Source: Haliotis rufescens (taxonomy: Eukaryota). From it: DNA of 64,000 nucleotides. The DNA is taken from positions 70,246,001 to 70,310,000 of the forward strand of contig NW_025963779.1 in the NCBI RefSeq assembly GCF_023055435.1, read 5' to 3'. The notes under the pieces are model-generated. The model was not told where the DNA came from. It worked only from the letters and a program-made list of their open reading frames with translations, and made no database searches. Numbering within the stretch: the first letter of the stretch is position 1; each line of letters opens with the position of its first letter. Positions 1 to 11,891 of the stretch are shown in pieces. The position numbers were made by a program, and so were the translations under genes.

Positions 1-598
1 GCCACCTGCCCTCTCTCCCTTATCAGCAGATCCCAAATCTCCTGTCTACTTATCACATATATCTTGATAAACCAGTGTCAACAACTTGAAGCAAATTTCA
101 CCGTTGTTGGTCTTGTTAACCTGCCTTTTTCCTTAGTATCCACTTTTTCTCAATGACGGATTATGTCCGATTTTACAAATCAAAACAGATCGGGGGCGTG
201 TTTAACAAAACGCGGTCCTAAATAGAGAGTATTATTTTGACTCTCTGCTATACATTGATAATTAAAGCGCTAAGATCGCTTTGTGGGCCGTGGTTCTCAC
301 AGTCTCGCAAGAAGAAGTACGGACAAAATAACTAGACTGGCTTCTACCTGTTGTGTGTGTCTGATAAAGAAAGTAGGTCAGGTACTTGTTCGCCTTACCG
401 ATCAACTGTCGATCTCAACCAGTTCATGCCCTGTGCTATATCAAGAGAAGGGGTCAGCCGAAATACGTTATACTATTTCATCATTCCATTAGCGTTTATA
501 TATCACTCTCCGTGCAACACCGACTACTGATGATGTAGCTGTCTCTACCGCGACCGCTGCTTGTTTGAGGTCACAAGTGTACACCACACGTAACTATA

Positions 599-1002
599 AT
601 GTTGTCGCGAGTCGCGTTCATCCATGTCCGACCCGGACATTCCACATCAGCCGTGTCTGTTTTGTGTCGATACAAGGGGACGTCTGCTCAAACTGACGAT
701 CATGCAGCAGACGTCAAACCGTTCTCGGCGCTGCCCGGGCCGAAGGGCTTGCCTGTTGTCGGTACCCTGTTCGACATCATGAAGAATTCCGCCCGGCTGA
801 ATGAAATGATTCAGAAACGTCACGAGACGTATGGACCTATCTACCGGGAAAAGATGGGGAGGATAGATGCCGTGTTTCTGACGGATGTGGAGGCGGTAGA
901 GCAGCTGTTCCGACAAGAAGCAAAGTACCCAGTTCGAATCCAACTGGAACACTGGATTAAGTACAGGGAGGACAGGGGTTTCAATAAAGGCCTTGTCATG
1001 TC
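599..1002 (+). CDS. CYP450 exon 1
   Basis: MLSRVAF...PGPKGLPVVG...GLVM; donor GTACGT at 1003, phase 2. Confidence 0.9.
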
Positions 1003-4000
1003 GTACGTATATTCATATATTCATCTTCGTTGTTGGGTATTGTATCTGTATATTGGGTATGAATTTCAAATTGTATGCCGCCTCTAATTTGTCATGTCAT
1101 TAGCAAATTTTGGTAGTGATAAATGTCCTCTGATGTAAGTACCCGAGAGAGTTTACTTTGCCCAGAACACAATCTCATTAAAATCAGATGTTTACTCGAT
1201 CTGACAAAAACACCTTTGAGGTCACGTCAGATGAACTTTCTAATCAGGCAATCAGCGAATATCTTATTTCTGTATTTCCAAAAATAGCGTAAATCGGCAT
1301 ATTCGAATTGGGAGTGATACAGGCTGCGTTTTATAAATTTATGTTTTGGATAATAAAATAACCTTATCGTTTCTGAGCGCCATGGCGTCTACACTCGAAG
1401 GATGTACGACCGAGGGAACTGCGTGTTCTATGTGGAATTTCTTTTTCTTCTGATTTTGAAATTTTCGATTGGTTGTGGTAGAGAAATTCAACCAAAAAGT
1501 TTTAGAAAGCTGACATGTAATTTAATTGGTTCAAAATTCCGTGTAATGTTCATCTTGATTGGGCTTTTAAACGTTGATCAGGTTCGTCTGACGTCAAATG
1601 ACAATAATGATTTAATGATGACGGAGAGATGTATCGATTCGGAGTATAGCACTTTAAAAGGGACAAACCAAGAATCATACTCAGGGCCAATGTGGGATTC
1701 GAACCAAGACAGAATTCTGGGATGCCAAAGGGACATAAACGCTTGAGGCGACTGGCTCCATCTCTCGGCCCCTTTAATGTAAGAATTTTCTCTGTAATTT
1801 ATTATAATATTATAATGATACAATACTGCTAATATGTGAGCTTAAGATTTCGGCCATACTCGTATGGTAACACATGTTCTACATTTCCTACGTTTCCAAG
1901 AAACACCGCAATGTGTTGGGTCCGATATTTACACTGCAGATCAGGTGAAGCTTGGCATTCCTTGAGGCGAGTGGTCGACCAGCATATGATGAAGATCAAG
2001 ACAGTCGAGTCCTACACTGGAGAATTTAACAAGGTTGTTGTAGAGTTCTTGGACCGAGTGGGAAGAATTCGAACCTCGGACAAAGAGTTGCCTGCATTGA
2101 ATAAGGAGCTATTCAACTGGTCTCTGGAATGTGAGTATTTGTATAACGTGTTCTGAGTAATGTAAATGTGTTCTGGAGCAAGAGTATTCTGACCATTTGG
2201 TTAGGTTTGAGAATACATTTGATTCTAAAGAAACGGATGCTTCATTGCCCAGAATGTACCTAAAAGGGACTATAGATGTGATTAGTTTAGAGAAATCAAG
2301 AAAACGAGTTAGTTCAGTTGGGTTGTCTATCGATAGATTACACAGTCTGTCATGGGTGGGACAAATCATTTCCCGATTCCACTGAAGATCCGGGGTAGAA
2401 TAGGTCTTCAGCAACCCATGCTTGCCGTAAAAGGCGACTATGCTTGTCGTAAGAGGCGACAAACGGGATCGGCTGGTCAGACTCGCTGACTTGGCTGATG
2501 CATGTCATCGCATCCCAATTGCGTGGATCGATGCTTATGGTGTCAATCAATGGATTGTCTGGTCTAGACTCGATTATTTACAGACCGCCGTCATGTAGCT
2601 GGAATATTGCTGACTGCGTCGTAACACAACAAACTAACCAACCAACCAACCAACCCAATTCCACTGAACTTGTGTCCCATTGGTCATAACTGAACAGAGC
2701 AATTTCTTAATGTAGACAAGCGCGTCTCTTTCCCTTGATGATCGTCGATAATAATAGGACCCCACGTCTCCAGTGGGTGCGCAGAGGATGCACCCCGATA
2801 ATGTTTAACAGCCGTGCTCGTGGTAAACGTCTGAGACCTGCATCACTTCGGGCTTTCCTCCCACATCAAGATGACACGCCGTGATGTAACGGGAATACTG
2901 TTCAAAGGGGCTCACTCACTGACTCATTCCTTATTGTGTCCACTATTTCCTAGATATCACTAGACCTTAAATTTGGTTTTAAAATAACCCCGATTCTGTT
3001 TCTAGGTTTAACAGCACCATACCCGAGTTCGTGGGTTTCACCAAAGTCTGAGACCTGCATCACTTCGGCTTTTCCTCCCACATCGAGATTACACGCTGTG
3101 ATATTACTCACACGACTCATTCCCGTGTCCACTATTTCCTAGATATCCTTAGACCTTATATTTTGTTTAAAATTAACAAGAACAAGAAATATCCAGTTAT
3201 TTCTCCAGCAGACCGATTTGCGTAACATTGCTGATCCGCCTCTCAATCGCGACATTTTCGCGTTTGTTTTCACGTGACGCGAGGATACATTGCTAAACTA
3301 ATGACTCTTTGTGCACAGCTATCGCCCGTATCCTGTACGAGAAGAGACTGGGATGTCTGTCAGACAACAGGAGTGAGGATACCCAGGCTTTCATCCAGAG
3401 CTCTCATGACATCTTTGAGACAACCAGGAAAATATTCTTCCTTCCACCCAAACTGGCCCGGATCTTCATGCCGCGCACCTACAAACAGCATGACGCAGCG
3501 TGGGACGAGGGCTTCCGTGTTGGTAGGTCGCCAGCGACGCTTCCAAAATAAGCAGAGACCATCTGATAGATGGTCTCAGATAATAAGCAAGTCATATAGT
3601 CTTGACAAATATGGTTGCATCGATTTTATATACCTGCTATTTGTGCAGGTATACTATCCATGCGTCGTACTGCACACGGCACGTTGATTTGCATCGTTCA
3701 TTAATTGGTTTGTGGACAATGTAAATGCAAAACTGACAGGTAGCATCGGTTTCGTCCAAATATTAATGCGCTGGCTGGATGCATTATAATATTTCTTAAA
3801 CGTTAGAAATTATATGTGTCAAGTTCATATACTTGATGAAAATTTCATAAGAATTTGGGGATAGAGAAAGAATGTTCGGAAAGTGTATATTGTTTTTGCT
3901 AATGATTTCAATTCCATATCACAAGGCATGCATGTCTTGTTTACTTTTGGATTCCTTCTTATTAAAGTCACTCGATGTTTTCACTGTAAACTCTATATTT

Positions 4001-6757
4001 GTGTTTGTTTTTGTTTTTCTAGCCCACAAGATCATTGACGAGAGAATCAGGGAAATCAGGGAGACAAAGGAGGAAGGAGAACACGTGGGTTTCATCACCC
4101 ACTTCCTGAAAGAGGACAGCATGTCGCTTAAGGATGTCTACGCCAACATCTCCGAACTCATGGGGGCAGCTGTAGACACGGTGAGTGGGTGAGTGAGTGG
4201 CATCTCAGAACCCATGGGATCTCTAGACACGGTGAGTGGGTGAGTGAGTGGCATCTCAGAACCCATGGGATCTCTAGACACAGTGAGTGTCATGAAAACC
4301 ATGTGAGCTTATGGTGGGATCTGTTGTTTGTTGTCCGTAATGCGTCGTAAATATCTTCTGGGAATCCACTGGGCCAATGAAGCTGAACTTTCAAATGCTT
4401 GTTCCCACCAATAATGACATCCCAGTTTTGTCAAGAGGGTCAAATTCGATTTTTAATACAGCCGCCATATTCCAAACATATATGAATATCAATACTGTTG
4501 ACATTGACATTGTTGACTATGTCTGTGGACTATATATCCAGATGGGTAACAGTGTTCTTGACTATTTTGGTATGTTATTCTTTACAGACGTCAAACACCG
4601 CTCAGATGTTGTTGTATGAGTTATCGAGACATCCACACGCACAGGAGGCCATCTTAGAGGAAATCACAAGAGTTGTCCCCCCTGGCGAGCAGCCAACTGC
4701 AGATCACCTGAAGGATATGCGTTACATCAAGGCGGCCATTAAGGAGACGCTCAGGTCTGTATCAATTACACACGCTTGTCATAGATTGCGTATGCAACCC
4801 TTGTGTGACTGTTGATATGCAGTGATGTGTGATGTTGGGGTGTGTGAATGCCATAACGAGGGTTACATCCATGATTTATACTGTTATGTATGGAATGCTG
4901 TAAAGGGTATGATTCCTTTATCGTCTGTCAGTTTTAGTTTTATTTGACTCATTTGTCTTGAACATACCCCAGACTAAGGCGAACCTTTTCTTGGAGTATC
5001 GCTTGTTGCGGGCGTTGGCTGGTGTTCAAGCTTTACACAACATCCCAGTCCCTTCTGTTTGTGTCATTTGACACACTAGGATGTGTCCCACCGCCACCTA
5101 ACTGTTCTTTGAAACCCGCCTTGTTGTCTAGGTTGTACCCGACCGGAAGTGTGGTGATTCGAGTATTGCAACAGGACGCTGTCCTACTCGGCTATCGCGT
5201 GCCCAAGGAGGTAAGTGCGACAAACACTGTACGTTCGTTATATCGAAATTATGCTTAACACGAAGATACTTATTGATCTATATAATTATCATCTTCCCGA
5301 GGCAAAGGATTTGACTGACTCTAAAAGTCCAGTTACCACCCTTGCCGAATTAGGCTGGAATTCTTGGCTCGATCGTATTACGAGTTATGTCCATTCTATG
5401 CCCCTCCTATTGGCCAATCAGATTCCACCTCTCATATCACTTGCATTTGCTTCAAACAAATGGCGGCTCCCAGTCAAGACGATCTGGTCGATAGCAATAG
5501 CATGAAAAGATTTGGAGCATATCTGCCGACGCCCAGTTGACGGTATACATCCTTTGCAAATCCTGCAGTCGACCGAAATCTGCACGTTGAAATCCATGTT
5601 GTTCCCGAACCGAATGTCGATTTCGTTTTGCGATTTTGATTGGACTATGCATAGACTCGTTAGTCCAGCAAAAATATAACTTCATAATTTTATCCTAGTT
5701 CGGCAATTAAAACTGGACTTAAACATCGAGCGTTGTCCATGTAATCAAAGTATACCTTTCGTCCTGCATACAGTAATGGCGTTCTGGGCAGTTAAATATA
5801 TACACTTCGATTTGAAGATATTGATTTTGTTCATATTTACAGACTGTGATGTGGATTGACCTCTACGGCTTCGGACGTCTACGACGTCACTACGAGGACC
5901 CCGACACATTCCGCCCTGAACGCTGGCTCCGAGCTACCAGGACAGTAAGCCCACAGCCTTTTTCCTGGCTGCCGTTTGGGTTCGGACCCAGGATGTGTGT
6001 CGGTGGGTAGTACTCTTTCTTTCTTACCTAGATCTATATCGGGTGTCAATTCAACATGCGTATGGACTTTTTCTTCAGGTATCAGTTTCACATTCTCACC
6101 GATTATTTCGGCAGATGTCAGTACCACGTGCGCGTTGGCCGTTTGGGTACATGTCAGTACCACGTGAACATTGACTATTTGGGCAGATGTCAGTACCACG
6201 TGCACATTGGTCATTTGGGTAGACGTCAGTACCACGCGAACATTGTCTATTTGGGCAGATGTCAGTACCACGTGCACATTGACTATTTGGGCAGGTATCA
6301 GTTCCACCTGCACATTGACTATTTCAGCTGGCGTTTATTGGCTATTTAATCAGTATAGTACAAATGAATAACCTGGTAACTCTATTACAGGCCGGCGAGT
6401 GGCAGAGCTCGAGATGCAGCTGTTGATATCCCAGGTGAGTTGGGAGGATCGGCGCCGTCAAACCTCAACTGCATTATTTGATAAAATGACAATATGTCTT
6501 TAGAACCAAGTACAACCATACTTCACCTCTATTAACTCTTCCAGCTGAGATGTGTCTTACTTACGTTCACGTTCACATTAATTTTCTGTCAAATATCTGA
6601 AGGTCTACTGTAACAATCTCTCATTTAGTCATTTTTGTTTCAGCTCGTTCGCAAATTCCAGATAGAGCCTGTATCAATGGAACCAGTCGAAATGAAGACG
6701 GACCTCCTACTATTGGCCAAAGATCCAATCAAAATCCGTCTTCACGAGAGAGACTAG
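599..6757 (+). CDS. Mitochondrial-clan cytochrome P450 (CYP27/CYP24/CYP49/CYP10-like), 9 exons, 506 aa
   Basis: Exons 599-1002, 1940-2130, 3319-3522, 4023-4180, 4588-4754, 5132-5210, 5843-6002, 6391-6434, 6644-6757. All are GT-AG and phase-consistent; total 1521 nt. Arg/Ser-rich N-terminal presequence with no TM anchor, PGPKGLP, C-helix WxxxR (WHSLR), I-helix GAAVDTT, K-helix YIKAAIKETLR, FRPERW, heme motif PFGFGPRMCVGRR. Confidence 0.95.
1940..2130 (+). CDS. CYP450 exon 2
   Basis: SGEAWHSLRR...LFNWSLE; acceptor TGCAG, donor GTGAGT. Confidence 0.9.
2383..2657 (+). mobile_element. SINE-like family A (structured non-tRNA head, (CAA/CAAA)n tail)
   Basis: Homologous copies at ~10373-10554(-), 12934-13172(+), 15500-15722(-), 38370-38594(-), 48522-48766(-), 53520-53716(-), 62625-62805(+, decayed). 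Shared 3' end GCTGGAATATTGCTGAGTGCGGCGTTAAAC plus simple-repeat tail. Confidence 0.8.
2810..3177 (+). repeat. Tandem ~220-bp duplication containing family C SINE 3' fragments
   Basis: TCTGAGACCTGCATCACTTCGG...GTGTCCACTATTTCCTAGATATC occurs at ~2830-2975 and again at ~3047-3177. Confidence 0.7.
3319..3522 (+). CDS. CYP450 exon 3
   Basis: IARILYEKRLGCL...AWDEGFRV; donor GTAGGT. Confidence 0.9.
4023..4180 (+). CDS. CYP450 exon 4
   Basis: HKIIDERI...ELMGAAVDT; donor GTGAGT. Confidence 0.9.
4173..4290 (+). repeat. 51-bp tandem repeat (~2.3 copies) including the exon-4 splice donor
   Basis: TAGACACGGTGAGTGGGTGAGTGAGTGGCATCTCAGAACCCATGGGATCTC repeated. Confidence 0.9.
4588..4754 (+). CDS. CYP450 exon 5
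   Basis: TSNTAQMLLYELSRHP...IKETLR; donor GTCTGT. Confidence 0.9.
5132..5210 (+). CDS. CYP450 exon 6
   Basis: LYPTGSVVIRVLQQDAVLLGYRVPKE; donor GTAAGT. Confidence 0.9.
5290..5720 (-). mobile_element. Non-autonomous DNA transposon (CATCTTCCCG-TIR family), one end decayed
   Basis: Reverse-orientation homologue of 21677-22175 (shared GTCGACCGAAATCTGCAC, GATTTTGATTGGACTATGCATAGACTCGTTA). Confidence 0.75.
5843..6002 (+). CDS. CYP450 exon 7
   Basis: TVMWIDLY...FRPERWLR...LPFGFGPRMCV; not in the supplied ORF track, translated manually. Confidence 0.9.
6045..6332 (+). repeat. 36-bp minisatellite (~8 copies), CYP intron 7
   Basis: Unit GGCAGATGTCAGTACCACGTGCACATTGACTATTTG. Confidence 0.9.
6391..6434 (+). 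CDS. CYP450 exon 8
   Basis: (G)RRVAELEMQLLISQ; acceptor TACAG, donor GTGAGT. Confidence 0.9.
6644..6757 (+). CDS. CYP450 exon 9 (terminal)
   Basis: LVRKFQIEP...PIKIRLHERD*; acceptor TTTCAG. Confidence 0.9.
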   Translation, partial: LVRKFQIEPVSMEPVEMKTDLLLLAKDPIKIRLHERD

Positions 6758-7390
6758 ACTCTAATTCTCCATAGTGCACGTCATACGAACACTTTGCAGT
6801 CTGGTGTAAGCACATGCACAGTGACGCTGGGGACTTTTTTGAAAAAACACGTCACTGAAAAAATCACCTATATACGTTGCAAATTCAGGAGTTATACTTT
6901 TGTTTTGTTATTGTATTGTTACTGACATGTATTAAGAGAAATCGTTGATATTAATTACATAGTTGAGTTACATTTATATTGTGGACAAGTAGCTCTATTT
7001 CACTGTAATATCCATTTATACTTTCTTATACATGTATTTGCCAAGGACCAACATGTTTGTTATAATGGTGCTCAATGCGTACGTGCACATATGAGGTGTT
7101 AACCACAAGACTCTTCGCGATATGACGCAACATGGATCACTAGGTAAAAAAAATCATGTAGATGACTTCACGATTTCATTGTTTGTAAATGTATTTCAAT
7201 GTGGAAATTTATTATAATTTCGTTTTATCCTTTATATGCATAAATGCTTGAAAGACATTCTCATTGAAATTAGCATAAATATTCTGCATGACAAGCATAT
7301 CTGATCACAATAGATTTTACTTCCTCTATCTTACTTTCCTCCAATAAATGCCTACCTCTAACAAAAGCCTGGTGTTGGCATTATATAGTA

Positions 7391-9406
7391 AAGTACTGTC
7401 GGAAATGCTAGAAAACTGCTTTTTGCTTGTTAAAAAGGGATATAATTTTTCAATGACTGTTGTTATTGAAATATCGAGTAACTACCGATCGACCTACCTG
7501 TGGTTTGAAGTATTTCAGTCACAAGGAGTCCTATCGACAAGTTTACAGGAGACAAATTCGAACGAAAACAGGAATTTATATGGCAATGATGACAGTCTGA
7601 AACGGACTATAGAAATATGCGCACATGACTCCGTTATATTGATAATAATGTAGTCTACATAAAACATCTAATCCACACACAAAAATAATTTTGAGAAAAT
7701 TCCAGATGTGCATCTTCTAAAATGACAAAATAACGCTGCATTTGTATTGTTAACATTGCTCCCATGACGCACATTACATTACACTTGCATAGCCATAACC
7801 GCGGTACACGATATGGAGTCTGTACTGGGAAATGTATACAAGTTCTTTACACTTTAGAGAGATAGAGGGGAAACATTTATTAATTTAGATAGGGTGAATT
7901 ACCGAACTGCCCAAGCTATATGGTTTTCAATTCATACCATCAAGTCTACGGTATAATAAATAAAACAAAACAGGTATTAGGGTGGTCTCAAAAACAAAAC
8001 TGGGACGTAAAAGGATATTAGACAGCTTTGATACAGGGTAATTAGGCGTAAAGTGTACAAGCTTTATGAGCAGAAGGTAACCCTGGCTTGTAGTAGAATT
8101 TGGGAGGAAATTAACGATACAATTAATGTTTCCCGGACTGCACGAACTATTGCTCTCCAAGAGATGGGATTTCGATACACTACGTGTGGCGATGACCGAG
8201 CACTTTTCAGGGGGAAATATTCCATCCTGTCTAAGAGGTCACATTATCTCCGAACCATTCATAACTATCACAGTCAGGGCGTCCAGATAATTTACCTTGA
8301 TGAATCATTCTACTCACTACATGTGGTTATCGGCAGATGGACAAAAAGAACCAATAGACCATCAGGTAAAGGTAATCGTGTAATTGTTTTGCACGCTGCA
8401 ACACATGATATGGGGCTTATTGATGGATGTGTGCTAGTTTTCGAGGCGAAAAAGAAAACTGGTGATTTTCATAAGGAAATTATAGGAGGTGATGTGTTCA
8501 TAGACTGGTTGGAACTTCAGCTATTGCCAACTTTAAACAACATCAGTGTCATTGTAATATATAACGCCAGTTAATATAACGTCCGGGAATCAGACACTGT
8601 CGCCCAAACCATGAGTAGTCTGAAGGCGACCATACAGGAATATTTGACATTGTCGACTTCAGACCATATGAAACGAATGTTCAACTGATAGAGAAAATTT
8701 GGCTGAATAAGAACCCTGTAAAGTACAGGACATATGTGCTGGCGGCACAACACGGTCACGTTGTCATACGTACGCCAGTCAGACATTGTGAGCTCAACCC
8801 TGTTGTGCCCATCTAAGCTAAGTGTAAAGGGTTCGTGGCAAGACATAACACAACATTCAAAAGTACAGATTCATATACGTCACCGGCGGAGATAAATGCA
8901 ACCTCAAGAAATCAGCTGTAGAACAACAAATACTTCTGGAGTCCAAAACCGCAACCTTCCATTACTCATCCCATTTCATAGCTCTTAACTATTCCATCGT
9001 GTTTCCAAACAAATATAATGCAGTTCATATCCTTAATTGCTACCCCATCAACGCACATGTCAATTAAGTACAATAACAGCAATATTTTGAGACCACCCCA
9101 ACTCGGTGACATTTGGACCTGTGAAAATGCACGGGACGGTGTGAGGTCATCACCTCGGGACAGGTGTTAGGTAATTGCCTCAGGTTATATGCCATTTTAT
9201 ACATGCATGACAACACGCGAATATTTTCTAAGTTGATAATCATTTTACCTGTAAAAGTACATTTTTAGGGTAATCACAGAGTCAATTAGGACAGGCTAGA
9301 TTAGGGCAATTTGCGTTATTTTGATGTATGTTTTTTCAAAGTCCTATGACTCGTATTTATTAAATAAGGCCAGAAAAGCAGTTTTCTAGCATTTCCGACA
9401 GTACTT
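7391..9406 (+). mobile_element. Decayed IS630-Tc1-mariner transposon, DD~82E (Sailor-like), with intact TIRs
   Basis: Perfect 33-bp TIR AAGTACTGTCGGAAATGCTAGAAAACTGCTTTT (7391-7423; inverse 9374-9406), TA on both sides. Transposase relics IIYLDES, GKGNRVIVLHA, GDFHKE, SVIVI[Y]NAS*, HGHVVIR..HCELNPV. Confidence 0.88.
7990..8865 (+). pseudogene. DDE transposase pseudogene
   Basis: ORF 8053-8574 plus frameshifted continuation ...KYRTYVLAAQHGHVVIRTPVRHCELNPVVPI*AKCKGFVARHNTTFK; stops, and second D and E mutated. Confidence 0.85.
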
Positions 9407-10009
9407 TAGCATTTTGTGTATACTGTTTTTGACCAGGTGATGAACAGGCATGAGGTAGCCCTGAAAAGTCGGAACAAACAAAGAAGAAGTCATCCAATCA
9501 ATGGCTAGAACAGGTATAGCCTGTGGAAGTGCACAGATTCCACTTTCAACGCAGGCCTGGTGTGACCAACTGCGCCTTTTTAAAGACTACTCGTGTTTGT
9601 TCCAAAGTTCACGATAACAACTACTGGAGTTACTTTTGTAGCGTTGCTCCAATGCTGTGCTGTATTAACAGTCCATGGATGTAAAGCTATTATATCTCTA
9701 TAATGGCACGTCTAGATAAGCGGTTAGTGCATCTAAGGGCGCCAGTCTTTTATAGAGACAACTGATTCGTATTATTTTCTATGATAGTCCAGAATTACTA
9801 TTTAAACTACCAATAATTGTCGAAGAGACTTGTGCAAGTCTAGTACTTTCGCAATACAAATGTGGACTTGCACAAGAGTATGTAGGTCAAGATCATCCCG
9901 ATACGTGTCAGCAATCCAGTGAGGTCAACCCAACTGTATTGACCCACATTGACTGCTGTGAACAGAGCGCCAGCCCACATTCAGATCATTAAAGGTTATC
10001 GTATCATTT

Positions 10010-10620
10010 TCGGTGCAACACCGGCTATTGATGATGTAGCTGTCTCTATCGCATCCGCTGCTGGTCCAGTCAGCACACAAGTGTGCACCACACAAACTGG
10101 TATGTTGTTTCGAGGTGTTGTAGAGGTGAGCATCGGCCGTATCTGTTTTGCGTCGATACAAGGCGACGACGACGTCTACGCAAACTGACAAAGATGTTGC
10201 AGACGTCAAACCGTTCCCGGCGCTGCCCGAAATGCTTGCCTGTTGTTGGCATCCCCGGTCGACATCATCAAGAATTCCGCCAAGCTGAATGGAATGATTC
10301 AGAATCGTCACGAAACGCATGGACCTATCTACCGGGAAAAGATGGGGAGGATAGATGCCGTGTTTCCGACGGTTGTTTGTTTGTTTACTGTTTAACACCG
10401 CACTCAGCAATATTCCAACTATATGACGGCGGTCCCGATCTGTAAATATTCAAGTCACGAGCCTGACCATCCGATCCCGTTAGTCGCCTCTTACGACAAG
10501 CATTGTCACCTTTAGCGTAAGCATGGGTTGCTGGAGACCAGGTATCTGACCAGGTATCTGACGGATGTGGAGGCGGTAGAGCAGCTGTTCCGACAGGATG
10601 CGAAGTTCGCAGTTCGAACT
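10010..10620 (+). pseudogene. Decayed duplicate of CYP450 upstream region plus exon 1, interrupted by a family A SINE
   Basis: Aligns by eye to 509-940 (e.g. GGACCTATCTACCGGGAAAAGATGGGGAGGATAGATGCCGTGTTT identical); frameshifts; SINE at 10373-10554 with degenerate TSD TTTCCGACGG/TATCTGACGG. Confidence 0.88.
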
Positions 10621-11321
10621 GTTCGATGGTCGCGGTTCATGATGTCAGTTACTGGTCTGCATGTTCCAACAAGAATATTCACACGATGTTGTGATATCAC
10701 TGGATATTTGAGGTGGGAGGAACTCAGACGGTTACCAAGTAAAGATACATTCTCAAAATCTAAGGCTAAAAACAAATTACAGCTACATTCTCAATAGTTT
10801 CGCTGTTGTGTTTGCTTCGCAGAAAGTGGTAAGGATAGGGAATCGGACTATGATGACCCCAGTCACTAGGGGGTGATGATCATCCGACATGAACCATCAC
10901 GACAAAACATGACCATTGTCTGGTATGTTTTTTTAATAATCAAAATAGAATCTTCGGGCACGTGGTAGGCAAGCGAGGCTCGGACACATTCTCATAGCTA
11001 AGCGATTCTGTGGTCGAAGCTCGACCACCTCCATTTGTCCATTCTTACACGAGCCTGTCCAGTTGGTTGTGAAGTCAGTGGCTTACTGAAATACAGTAAA
11101 ACGTATTTGAGTATGTTACTTTGTGTAAACAGTACAGTACATGAATGTCTAATGTAACTAGGAGCTACGGTTCTCGAACCCATCGCTTCTTGACTGCTGG
11201 AGAATCCCTCACTGCCAGGCGAGTTGCAGGGTAGGTCGCAGACGCAAACGGGCGACACCCAATTCCTGTTGATTCCCAGATTGAAACGCCAATGTTAACC
11301 CAGAAAACGGCGCGTAGTTCA

Positions 11322-11604
11322 GAGTGAATGAGTGAGTTGGGTTGAACGCCGCTTTTAATAGTATTACAGTTATATCGCGGCGTGTCAGCTTAATGTGGGA
11401 GGAAAGTCCTAAGTGATGCAGGTCTCAGACGTTTACCACTTCGGTGAAACCCACGAGCACGGGTATGGTGCTCACAAACCTGGAAACATACACGGGGCGA
11501 ATCGGGATTCGAACCCACAATCATAGGTTTCTGGCATGTCCGAAGGGATGCAACTCTGCACAGCGAATCGCGACGCCTTAGACGACTGGGCCACCCGTGC
11601 CCCA
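11322..11604 (-). mobile_element. tRNA-derived SINE family C (Leu/Ser-like long-arm head, (ACTC)n tail)
   Basis: A-box GGCCCAGTCGTCTAAGG, B-box GGGTTCGAATCCC; near-identical copy at 46863-47140(-); others at ~21290-21555(+), 27310-27585(-), 16370-16520(+), 53780-53890(-), 62995-63140(+). Confidence 0.85.
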
Positions 11605-11784
11605 TGCACCTGGTTCAGAACTAAAATGTGAAATAACTACACAAGATCAATGAACAATCAACACTTGCCATTGAAATACTCAGGATGAGCTTTACAACCA
11701 TAAAAAGAAATACAGTGGGTCAAATATGTGGCAGCAGCAGTTTATAATAGGCCATATTACAAAAGTCAGTGCACTCACGAATTG

Positions 11785-11891
11785 TCTCGTCCCACAAAGT
11801 CATCTTCGCCCTGTGACTGTCGTAATCCATTTACTTTAACATAGCGAGAAGATAGTCGTAGCGCTGAGATCGCATTGTGTAACTTGGCCCT
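11785..11891. mobile_element. ~110-bp palindromic MITE family E
   Basis: Consensus-like CCGTTCCACAAAGCGATCTTAGCGCT...ACTTTAACATAGACTTACGAC...GCTAAGATCGCTTTGTGGAACGG; copies at ~20958-21063, 26803-27310, 56241-56353, partial at 266-290. Confidence 0.65.
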
